Positions 12,571 to 23,591 of a stretch of DNA of 64,000 nt are shown one piece after another (the first letter of the stretch is position 1; the number at the start of each line of letters is the position of its first letter). Origin of the DNA: Azolla caroliniana (lineage: Eukaryota > Plantae > Polypodiophyta); NCBI GenBank assembly GCA_043228905.1, contig JBHGNT010000012.1, positions 18,166,001-18,230,000 on the forward strand. Direction: 5' to 3'. The position numbers and the translations under genes are program-made. The notes below the pieces were generated by a model. It was not told where the DNA came from and searched no databases. It worked only from the letters and a program-made list of their open reading frames with translations.

Positions 12571-15500
12571 ATGACGTGCGCATGCGCAGGAATCGAGAAA
12601 GGCCCCAACATGCAGAAAGAAAACCTCCACCGCATGGAGGTCTTCTCATTTTGCGAACAGAGAAGTGCAAACGCACACAGGCAATTAAAGATAACCAGAC
12701 GCAAGCACCTAGAGCCCACTAACGCACCTACCTCACCATCACCCACCAACTCAGAAGGAGAAATGGACTGTATGGCGCTCTTTGAGGCAACCAAGAAGTG
12801 GTTGAAGCAACAAATATTGGAAGGTTTCTTGAGGATCATAGAGACACCACCACACATAGAGGTGGAAAAGGTTGTCAAAGACATCGACACAGAAGTAATC
12901 ACAAAGGTGGCAATTTGTGCCCTGACAAGCCTACCCGAAGGCGCCATCTTCACCATCGAAAACCCTACCCCGAAGCAGCTCATGAAATACTTCGGTGAGT
13001 ACTCTCTGGCCAGCAAGGCATATCACACACAGGGTAGCGAGGATGGCTTATTCCGAAAGATTGCTCTTGTACTCCACGAGTTTGGCCATGTGTACCCTCG
13101 ACCCCCGGCAATGCCTAGGAACAGAGCCGGTTTAATTATAGCCACATATGAGGGTATACAGGTGGACTGGTCCGTGCTGATCGCCGACGGAATGCTGAAG
13201 AAAATATGGACGACGGTGGTGTAATGGCTCACACTGTTAGCACCACCAATGGAGCCCATCACGACAAAGAAGCGGGGAAAATCAACCGAAGGAACCCCCA
13301 AAATGGCTTCAAAACAGCAGCAGCTATTGGCTGCTAAGGCAACCAAAGGGAAGGAGGCCGACACTTAAAAAACGGCGAAAGAGCGGCCTAACCGGAAACG
13401 GCAGGCGGAGACGTAGGAGGAAACACAAGCACGGCCAATAAAGATTACATTGCGCCGACCAGGTCAACAGGAGCCAGATCTCTTGGCAATGGAAATCAAT
13501 CTTGGGACTCAAGAGGAGGATACGGAGTAGGAGCCCAAGCGAGCACCTCCAACGGTGCCAGCAGAAGAGCATTGTAGACCATGCCGGGGAGCAATCGGGT
13601 CCAAATAAGGATAGGATGCCGATACCCCGCATTGAGGGCCCAAAGCCAAGGGTGGAATCGGAACCGGTTCGAATAGAACCGGTCACAGAATTCCCTGCGT
13701 AGCAAGCTACGCCGGCGGGTCAAGACACAACAAGACCTGTGATTCAGGAGTCGGTGATTCAGTTGTCTACACCACCGGCACACCAGGACCAACCAGAGCC
13801 GGAACAACCAACTGAGGCACAACCAAAGCCGGAACTGCCAAGTGGTAACCAACCGGAGCCAGAGTTGCCAATCGACGTAACCAGACAAGATCAGCCACTA
13901 GCAAGCGAAGAAATCGGCCAACCCGCCACGCGGACACAGTGATAAGGCACAGGCAGCCAATGGCTGTGGTGGATCGGTGAGAAAATAGCCGGAGTGGTCC
14001 ATTATATAGAGGCAGAAGAGAAAGCACAATTGGACCGGTTGCTAGCCACAACCGGAGAACTAGAGAATGCTCGGTCAAGGATCCGGAGCTTGGAACAAGA
14101 ATTGGAAATAGCCATGGAAGAATTGGCTAAGATGGTCATAACAGGATCCCAGGAACAAGAACCGGTAGCTCCGGTACATGTACAGAATAATAAAACACCG
14201 ACAACTGTACATAATAATACGACCCTGGTGATGGAAACAATCCCGGATACAATTACAGCGCAAGCACAAGAGCTTGTCGTTCTCAAAGAAGACCTGGCCG
14301 CACAGGAAGCATTACGTGCCAGGGAAAGAGAATTAAAAATGGCGGCAGAGGAGGAACAACGGAAGACTGTCGACAACCTCCACCAAGTAGAAGAAACCCT
14401 ACGAAAGGGACACCAAGCCTATGACCAGCTTAAGGAAGAGAAAGAAAAATTGATGCAAGAGAAGGATAAACTCCGAAGGATGACGGAAATAGAGATAGAG
14501 AGGCTCAAAAAAGAGCTTCGGTAGCAAAAGGATAGGGAAGACCAAGCTCGCCCCCAAATCAATCAGAAGCTGAAGCAGAAAACAGACGATTTTGACCGCC
14601 TGCACTAGGATTATAAACATGTCGAGACGGAATACAAGAAGCTCATCACCGACAACGACCGGCAGCAGGAGAAGATGTTCGAGCTCCAGAATGAAGTGCA
14701 ATGGGTGGAGATGGCACTAGCGGAAGAACGGGCTGAGAAGGCAAACATACGAGCTGAAGCGGCGCATGAACACCGGTAACTCCAGATGCAACATCATGCG
14801 GAAACGGAATGCGCCACCATGGTCTTACAAAGAGTGCATACAACCTATCAAAATCAACTGTTGCGCTACAAGGACCAGGAGGTGGTAACTGCAAACCTGA
14901 TCAAACAGTTGAAAGATGAATGGTAGGCCGCAGAAGACAAATCAAAGATGGGGTTGGAGTGGATCCGGTGCATTGTACAAGCATGGAAGAATCGAATGAA
15001 GCGTTTGATTGAAGATAACTCAGTATTATGGTGGTCGAAATGGGCGAAGCATGCTGCCGAGCTATAGTTGTTGAGGGCGGACGCAGAAAACTAGCAAAGG
15101 GAAGGAGATGAGTTCTATAAGCTGGAAAATGAAGACTTTGCTACCGTGAAAGATGAATTGGCAGATGACTTCGTAGTGTTGGCTAATGAATAGATAGCAC
15201 TGGTCCGACAACTAGTGGCACAACTGGACGATGATCAGCTGGATAACCAAATCCGGTTTGAAAGTTACAAAAAGGAGAGGCTACGGCAAGAGGCGACGAA
15301 GAGCACGACAACAATCAATCTCAGTGATGAAGAGCCATCGTCGGAGCAAAGGACAGACAGAGGCAAGTCTGGGACAAGCCAACCGGATTTAACTCAAGAG
15401 GAGCAGTCAAGGGAGGAATATCCGCAACAACCGCCGGCACTGAGAGCTGGACAACAATTATTGGAGGAGCAACGCCCAGAAGAGCTAGAGACCGCGCAAC

Positions 15501-15760
15501 AGCAGGAGCAATAACCAAAGCCAATGGAGCAGCTATCGGAGGAGCAACGCCCAAAAGAGCCGAAGACCGTGCAGCAGTAGGAGCAACAACAACAGCCGGA
15601 GCAACGACCATAGCCAACGGAGCAGTAGGAGGAGGAGCAACAACACCAGCAACAGTCCGATCAACTTTACGAAGAACCCTTAGAGCCCCTCGATCAAAGC
15701 ATTCTAGACATTTTGGACGAGGATTGAAGGCCGGATAGTGGGATTCGACGTACAAGGTAC
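12571..15760 (+). pseudogene. Degenerate extra ORF downstream of the Gypsy integrase (globular N-term, Pro/Gln linker, long coiled coil)
   Basis: Same-strand ORF pieces 12571-13224, 13502-13942, 13994-14524 and 15215-15514, E/K/Q-rich and broken by stop codons. Confidence 0.6.
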
Positions 15761-15780
15761 TGTCCTACGGGCGTGCCATG

Positions 15781-16175
15781 TGTTACCCAGCCGGCAAGGA
15801 GTGGAGGACAGTCTAGAATGTGAAAGGGCAGGAATTATCGGAAGTTGTTATTAGAATATTATGTAATTAAGTATATATTTGAGAAGTGAACGGACGGACC
15901 AGAATCGGTATGCCGATCCGAATCCGGACCGGTTCATATCAGTGTGCCGGTTGGCACCGTTTTGTATGTAGAGTCGGTGATCTACAAAAAAGCCCAGTTA
16001 CATTGTAAATCACGACGGATAATTAATAAAGCCTTATTGTCTTATCTCTATGTATTGATTACCGTTCTGTGTTAATTACTTTCTATCTTATGCATGTATT
16101 AAGATTCATGATATGTTGCTTAAGTAGTCGATAACGGTCTGATCAATTGTTAGTCTAAGTTACACCGCCGTAACA
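15781..16175 (+). repeat. Putative 3' LTR (or its distal part) of the Gypsy host
   Basis: TGTTAC...GTAACA inverted ends and an internal AATAAA, but no clear PPT immediately upstream, so the start is uncertain. Confidence 0.4.
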
Positions 16176-16241
16176 CCCTTTGGTGAAGTGTCTTCTGTAG
16201 ACACCTTGTGTTAGGCTATTGTCCGGCCTTTAGGAGTAACA

Positions 16242-17184
16242 TCTTCCATGCCCGGACTAAGCACATTCAGGTGCACTACCACTTAGTCTGCGAGCGTGTC
16301 CTCTCTGGTGAAGTTGAACTTCAGTATGTTTCGACGGATCGGCAAAACCCTAGCATTTTCACCAAGCCCCTTGGTCTAGACAAGTTGCGACAATTCTTGG
16401 GTGCACTTGGGTTGCCAACCAAGCATGGGGGAGATGAAGCCAACAAGGGCGGGAAGGCCAAGATTGAGGACGACTTGGAGACAACCAATTCGGACAACAG
16501 CGGAGACGAATCGGAGGCAGTCGATTCAGCTCGGATGTTTGATTCGGAGACACCGAATCAACTGAAGGCCAAGCGGACGAAAGGGCAGCAGAAGAGGCGC
16601 CAACACCGTGACAGGAAGGGAGCTAGAAAAGGCCGAACGAGCAGACAAGCCGACCATAAGGGTCGAGGCGTGCCGAATCGAACGGGTCGAGGAGCGCGAG
16701 CGAGGCGTGAAGTCAAGAGAAACCGAAGCGAAGGACCGGAAGAGCCTCAAGTTGAGCTTGAGGGGGAGTGTTGAGATACAATCCCAACATTGGCCGGATC
16801 GGCTATGCAAGCCGAGAACTGGATCGGATCGGTTAGGCTGGATTGGTGCGTAAACTAGTGTGCAAGGCCGGATCGGTGCGGAAACCGGGAGGCCGTTGAA
16901 CAGATATTCTGCGAGGGAATATATTTGGGAGTTAGTGTAGGAGTTTAGCTATGAGCATTGAAGTACGTGTCAGTACTTCTGTCAGTCCGTATGAACTTGT
17001 ATAAAAGTGCTCTCTAAGCACATCCTATGTATAGAGTTTTACACATTATTTTGAATTCAGTTTTTTCTGTGTGTTCATTCCCTCTCTGTCTCTCCCACGT
17101 ACATTGTGTCTTAAGCACTCCATTAAACCTATTTTTCTCTGTCGGTATTCTGTGTTTTGTATAGCTTCCGCACGTTACATTTCA
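16242..17184 (+). mobile_element. 3' remnant of a Copia element (RNase H end, PPT, LTR about 16769-17184)
   Basis: FHARTKHIQVHYHLV...IFTKPL; GAGGGGGAG immediately before TGTTGA. Confidence 0.8.
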
Positions 17185-17631
17185 CACTTAATAAGAAAGC
17201 ATACATATCGGAGACATCGAGGAAGTTGCAAATGTGCATGAGAGATTTAAACATCTTTGAAAACAATCATACTAATATTATACGGAAACATATACGAAGT
17301 TGTGAAAGTGCAGGAGAGATTTAAACATCTTCGAAAATAATCATACGAATATTATAGGCATTGGCGTTCACACACATTTATTTCATAGTTTCAAAGTATT
17401 AGTTTGATCAATTAAAAACACTAGGAAGTCACACAATTTTATTTGACAATTGTAACTCCATTGACACAAATGGTAAAAATTAGATGCAGGATGGTGATGA
17501 ATATTAGAGGTTTGAGATGGGGGGGGGCTATAATATTGAAATGAGGATCGTATTGGGTGGTGCTTGTTTTGAGAGGAATAGATAATTTTGGTGAGACACA
17601 AAATAATGAATGGCAAAGACTAAGTGTTGTC

Positions 17632-18177
17632 CTAAGACAACATGGAAATGGTGACATCAAAACGAAGGACAAAGTAGGTTGGGGTTTTAAAGGCAATTGT
17701 ACTTATGGAAGCAGTACCATGGGCATTTTGATAAAGGCCAGTGCCACCAGTGACATGGATGGAACGTTGTGGCGGGTTCGAAGCATTTGCAAATATTCTC
17801 TCACTACCATGGAAAGATAGGGAACCCTTCCCATCCAAAAATGCAGTGAAAGACCATAAGGCGCTAGGTTGAACACGTCCACAATACACATATATGCCTT
17901 GGGCCCTCCCTAAAACCACCTTTGTAGAAGATTTTGATGATGGCCCTGTTGTCAACTCATCATCGAACACGAACATGCGCCCAAAATTTGCCAAAGGAGA
18001 GCTCATGTTTTTGGCCGTATCCACTTCCTCTGCTGCAGTGTCGAAACTAACATTTTTGTATAATGATAAATCATGCAAGTAGAATGTTACCTTCTGTGTC
18101 ATTTCACCCCTCACTAATTCTATCTTTCTCATAAGAAATAATGCAACCAACAAAGACATAAATTGGTGAATATCCAT
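17632..18177 (-). CDS. Dirigent (DIR) family protein, secreted, intronless, 181 aa
   Basis: Hydrophobic N-terminus followed by the dirigent motifs FYLHD, FGRMFVFDDELTTGP, LGRAQGIY and VTGGTGLYQNAHG; intact ATG-to-stop. Confidence 0.93.
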   Translation of the reverse strand: MDIHQFMSLLVALFLMRKIELVRGEMTQKVTFYLHDLSLYKNVSFDTAAEEVDTAKNMSSPLANFGRMFVFDDELTTGPSSKSSTKVVLGRAQGIYVYCGRVQPSALWSFTAFLDGKGSLSFHGSERIFANASNPPQRSIHVTGGTGLYQNAHGTASISTIAFKTPTYFVLRFDVTISMLS

Positions 18178-18193
18178 ATCCTAGCTCCTTTGC

Positions 18194-18196
<3 letters not shown>

Positions 18197-18225
<29 letters not shown>
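18197..18225. repeat. (TG)n microsatellite in the dirigent 5' region
   Basis: Visible dinucleotide run 20 bp upstream of the ATG. Confidence 0.95.
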
Positions 18226-18295
18226 CAACCTTAAAAGGATATCTATCTATCTATCCCCCTCTCTATGGCCATGGGCCTTGTATGCTCACTGTTAT

Positions 18296-18302
18296 ATTTA
18301 TA
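18296..18302 (-). promoter_or_regulatory. Putative TATA box of the dirigent gene
   Basis: TATAAAT on minus, about 120 bp upstream of the ATG. Confidence 0.55.
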
Positions 18303-19343
18303 TGATAACAAAACATCAAGTTAACCTACTCCATTACATCACCTACTTCATTGTGCTTCGATCATTATTTTGTTTCTAAATTCTCATCTCCCATCTCCAC
18401 TAAGTTTTGCATCATAATTATTCAAACTTTCACCTACTATGAATTATGCAAAAACATGATGCATCCATATAAAAATATGTTTAAAGTGGTTATTTTTCTT
18501 GGAGTGAATGGTAAGATAAGATTCGTTTTTTAAAATACCTATAAGAACCATGCGACAATTCTAAGTGGTTATTCAAAAGATTTAGGAAGTTTTCTTATTA
18601 GGATGAATACCTAAACCACCTTGTCCCACTTTAAGAACAAAACAAAAGTTTAGAGTATTTTAGCTCTATGTTGATATTAGCAATAAAAATCCTTAATATT
18701 GTTAATAGTATTAAACTAGCCAGTCTTGTGTTTAAAATGGTGAATGACTCCAAACGTGTTGTAGTTTATTGGGACCAAGCATTTAGAGAATGAAATTGTA
18801 TACAAAGCCCACACATATGATGAGGCACATGCACATGGTGCATGTACATGACAAAGTGTACACACGATAAAGTGTGCACTTTCTTGAATTTTGGACACTT
18901 AGTGAATAACACACTAGAGAATTATAAACATGTACTTTTATTTTTTTAATAAAACTTGACATTATGTTCCGCATACCACATGGAAAAGGTAAAAATGTCC
19001 ATATGTAAGTAATGTTATTATCTCACTTATGAAAACTATTATCTCATATTAATATCGTGACAATATGTCACTTTTCCTAGTTCTCATCAATGGTTATATA
19101 AAGCTTCTTCTTAAAGTTTACTCCAAGAAATATGACCCTTTAAGAAAAATGTTATTTAATCGGACTAGGAATTAGTTGTCTTTTGAGCATCCCTATGCAA
19201 ATACACCTACCAATATTATTTTAATCTTGCACATCATGATTGTACAAATGATGGAAACATGTTTTTGTAGTTAAAATATTTTTATACATTCCTTGAAATG
19301 AAACATTTTTTGTGCTAATCCATTTGGTTAAATTACTTGTAAC

Positions 19344-20180
19344 CATAGATTGACCCATGCTCTATATTCTTGGTATTCTCCATCCGTAGTATTTGTCATA
19401 TTCGAGAATACAAAATGACCCCAACAATATTACTGAACCATTTGTTTTAAATTTACATAATAAAACATATTTACTAAAAAAATAATTAATTCACTAAAAT
19501 ATTAACTAATTCACTAATAATTCATTCATTCATTCATTCATAATAATGAATTAATTTACTAAAACATTAATGAATTAATTAGGGTTCCTAATTTCAGCCA
19601 AAATTAGAGTTTTAAGAATTATAATATTAATTAATTCATTAATAATGAATTAATTTACTAAAACATTAATTAATTCACGAATGATCAATTAATTAGGGTT
19701 CGTAGTTTTACACCAAATTAGGGTTTTAAGACTTAAAATATTAATTAATTCATTAATAATGAATTAATTTACTAAAACATTAATTAATTAATTAGGGTTC
19801 CTAATTTCAGCCAAATTTAAGGTTTTAGCACCACCCTAGGTTTGGAGGCCGAGAATAATAATTAAGTACACTCACTCAGAGGATGAGGGGGAGGCGAGGA
19901 TGCACGCTGAAAAGAAGAAATATGGTCGAAATTAGGGTTTTCAGCCGAAACCCTAATTTGCAGGCCGAGAACAAGATACAAGGGGAGGCGAGGGTGTAAG
20001 CATCAAGTAGAAGATGCAGGGTGTGGCCTCTTCACTCACTGTTATGTGTTGCTCGCACACTAGCCAGCATTAAAAGAAACGTTTTTTTTTAAAAAGAAAA
20101 AAGAAAAAAACAAATATTATTACCTGTATTCGTATGCATTCATGGGGGAGGCCCCACGAATGCGAATATGTCAATCTATG
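19344..20180. mobile_element. Non-autonomous hAT element
   Basis: TIR CATAGATTGAC...GTCAATCTATG; perfect 8-bp TSD CTTGTAAC (19336-19343, 20181-20188); AT-rich internal tandem repeats. Confidence 0.9.
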
Positions 20181-20211
20181 CTTGTAACAATATGAAGAAG
20201 GTTGTTAAAAT

Positions 20212-20437
20212 CATAGTACGTAATATACTCAAATGCGATGGCAAACATTCTTTTTCATACGAATGCAAACAAATGTGTATGTTATCAAAACATTCTTATG
20301 TTTTTTTACACATTTTGCCTTAACTTTCTTACCTTATAATAAATAATGAATTCAAAAGTATAGTACTTACCATACTTCGAGGGTGTTTACCATACTCGAA
20401 TGCGAATGCATGTATGGTACGAATGGTTCATACTATG
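20212..20437. mobile_element. Small hAT-type MITE
   Basis: TIR CATAGTACG...CATACTATG; flanks GTTAAAAT/GTTCAAAT (7/8). Confidence 0.7.
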
Positions 20438-21678
20438 GTTCAAATAACCTTTCTATACATTAAGAACAATTTGGTAACTCAAAACATTTTAGTTTATTAG
20501 GCTACCTTGACATTTGTAATAAACATTATGGGATTGTATAAACTAGTGGGACACGTAGTTTGCTTTATCACTTAAGCACACATATGAAGCTAACATACCG
20601 AACAATGGTCAACACACAAATGTGAAATATGCAAATACACGACCAAACATGCATCAGGTGAAATATTTACACTCAATGACATGAGACCTTGGTAGACGTT
20701 TGATGAAATAATAGAGACGCTATGTGTGGGCATGAACTTTGTTTTTCTCTTAAAATAGAGAACTTATGTGAGTATGAATTTTCTTTTCCCCAAAAAATGG
20801 AGAATCGATGTTTGAGTATGAACTTAACTTTTTTCTTAAAACTAAAGAACTCAAATGGAAAACCGCAAAATAGCCTATGCAATACAACCACATGTCCTAC
20901 ATATACGTGACTATCATTTTGTTAATTGTGATAATTTTGTTGCATAGCTAAGGGCAAGGACAGGCAAAATGCCCTAGAGTGGGAGAGGTAACTTTGTGGG
21001 ACACAACTAAAACTCTTGGGCCTATAGACCGCATGATCTTATAGGAATAAAATGGAACTAGATCATGTTATGGAATTCAACCGAACATCTATATACCCCG
21101 GATGAAACAATGAGACATTGGATGGAGAATATATTATGAATGGGCCACAAAAGATGAAACATTTGCAAAAGTTGGGATCTACAGGTTGAGCATAGGGCTT
21201 GGTCAGTCATGAACATCTTGATTTGAGTCAATATGGAATGTAACTTCACGAGTGAGTTGACAATATCTTAAGACTTTATTAGTGTAATATTGATGAAAGC
21301 TTCAGCTTAACAATGAATGAGATGCATGTACACGCCAAAAGGTGATAATATAGTCGCTATGGGCTCACTTCACCCACCTTTACTGAGTGTTGAACCTAAA
21401 GAATATATAAGTGAGTTGGGGGCTCATTAAAATCATTAAATTCTCCTAACTTCAACATAGATACTCATTTCTAGTACATTTCCATGTAGTCCATTAATAC
21501 ATTTCCAAGTAGTCCACTAGTACATTTCCAAGTAGTGCATTAGTTCATTCCCATGTAGCCTATGACGAGTTGTACATTTGAAATGTTGCCACTAAAGGAT
21601 AATAACTATTAACAGGAGTTGTTTTCAATATGTGCTTGTTCGAATGTCCTCTACCTATATTGTATGCATGATTACACG

Positions 21679-22315
21679 CATAGATTGACATACTCACATT
21701 TATCGGGTTTCCCTTTCGAATGCAAACGAATACGAATACGAATGGGTAGTCAAGTATTTGTTTAACCCAAAAAAAGAAAAAAAAAACTCTCTCTCTTTTA
21801 ATTTCCTAGGATAAAAAAAAAGGACCTTGACAATAAATAGGGATAATAAAAGAGGGACTTTGGAGACTTGCACTACTAAATTTTTATAATAAATGTATAA
21901 CTTATAAGTATTCGTTTTATTTTTAATAAATAAATAAAATAAAGGCTCATTAATTTCTCACTTTTCATTCCCTCAAAATTTATGATATTTTTATCTTGAC
22001 ATTAAAAATAGTACTTCAAACTAATCATATCTTCAAAGTTCATACTAATCATATTTGTATAATAAATATAAAAATATTCGTTTTAAAAAAATTAATTAAT
22101 TAAAATAAGTTTCATAAACTCTCTTGACACTATAATCTATTAATGAATTTTATTTTTTTGTGAAATACATTTATTTAAATAAATAAATAATTTTTTTATA
22201 TTTATTTTACAAAACGAATGGTTTTTTAATATTCTTGGGGCCATTTCATATTCTCGAATATTGAGAATATTGCGCATGGAGAATATCACGAATATCACGC
22301 ATGTGTCAATCTATG
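21679..22315. mobile_element. Non-autonomous hAT element, same TIR family as 19344-20180 but in opposite orientation
   Basis: TIR CATAGATTGAC...GTCAATCTATG; perfect 8-bp TSD ATTACACG. Confidence 0.9.
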
Positions 22316-23447
22316 ATTACACGTTACATGTCCCACGTTACATGCCCCTCATCAGATATTAATTTCGTCTTGCCCCTCGATTTGATATAGAACATATCAT
22401 CCAGGTAGGGGACTACCCATTCCATGTTTGGCAATGGTGCTTCACCTCACAAACACTAGGACTTATCCAATGTTGTTGATTTGACCTTAGATAAAGTTTA
22501 TTCTTGATCTCCTTATCTCTAGATGATTAACCATAGTTTTATAGAGGTGGAAATGGAGGAAGATTGTGCTTCCATAACCCGTTGAATCCCAACATATGCA
22601 AATTTATAGAATGAAAAATCTATTCATCCGTTTAAGTAATCAATCTATTCAAGATCTACTAACTTATCTTTTATTTTATGTGATTGATCATGACATTTGT
22701 CCTATTTTATATATTACCAAAATAAGCTATACTAAGATGCAAACGAGCCGAAAACAAACTAGGAAATAGTTTAAGTGCTCCATTAACTAAACATTAGAGA
22801 GTGATTGGGGAAGATGTTGAGCCCATCGGAGTTGTTGCATCAAGAGAAACACCATCGATGTGTGTATTTTTCTTGCTATAACTAGTTGGATCCATGAGGG
22901 ATGGCAATGCTTAACCTTTCAACGGAGCCTTAGATATAGCTCCACCTCTAGTTCTATGTAGATATTCTCCAATACATTGAACAATGTTTGAGTTTCTCGT
23001 AGAGTCATCATAGATAGCTTGATGTAGTTAGCTTTGATCTTGAGCTTGATTTCTGGTACTTAATCTAAAAGTAAAAAGTACACTACCTTGATGCCATATG
23101 TGTTGATTTTTCATTAGCACAAGGTCAATATAACTCCACAATGTGGCTAAGTAGTGCTCATCATCCATAGGTCATGATGAATCACCACGATTTTATTTAA
23201 GGGGAGATCATAGGAGTAAATGATATGGTTTGGCGAAAGAGTGTGGGGTAATGTGGAATAGATACAAATTTAGAGAATGAAATGAAATTGAATACTTTTA
23301 TTACTTGAATATATCAATTTACACCACTTTAATCCTTTTGAGAGTGTTAAATATGTATAGAGAGGGAGATTCAAACTCTCAATCGTTGGTTGATACAAGA
23401 AATATCTTGTGATAGGCTATTCAATTGTTTTCTTGTCACCTTCCTTT

Positions 23448-23556
23448 TGTCAGGAATAGTACTAAAACAAAGAGAGAATCAGTACTAGAGAAGGGAAGTA
23501 CTATTAGTACTAAGAGAACTGACTACGTAAGACACACGAGAGAGATCGTGAGGGTG

Positions 23557-23591
<35 letters not shown>

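Larger units (their letters stand above)
1..16175 (+). mobile_element. Non-chromoviral Ty3/Gypsy retrotransposon (5' part outside window), host of nested Copia A/B, with a long 3' extra-ORF region
   Basis: RT (RVCVNYRKLN, DGFSGYNQI, FLDD) and RNase H (NYSTTERE) at 6-1288; integrase resumes at 10925 directly after Copia A. The 3' end is placed tentatively at ...CCGTAACA (16175). Confidence 0.8.

Noticed and set aside
19560-19960. Telomeric repeats (TTAGGGTT / AAACCCTAA)
   Set aside because: Isolated motifs inside AT-rich repeats of a hAT element, not a tandem telomere array.
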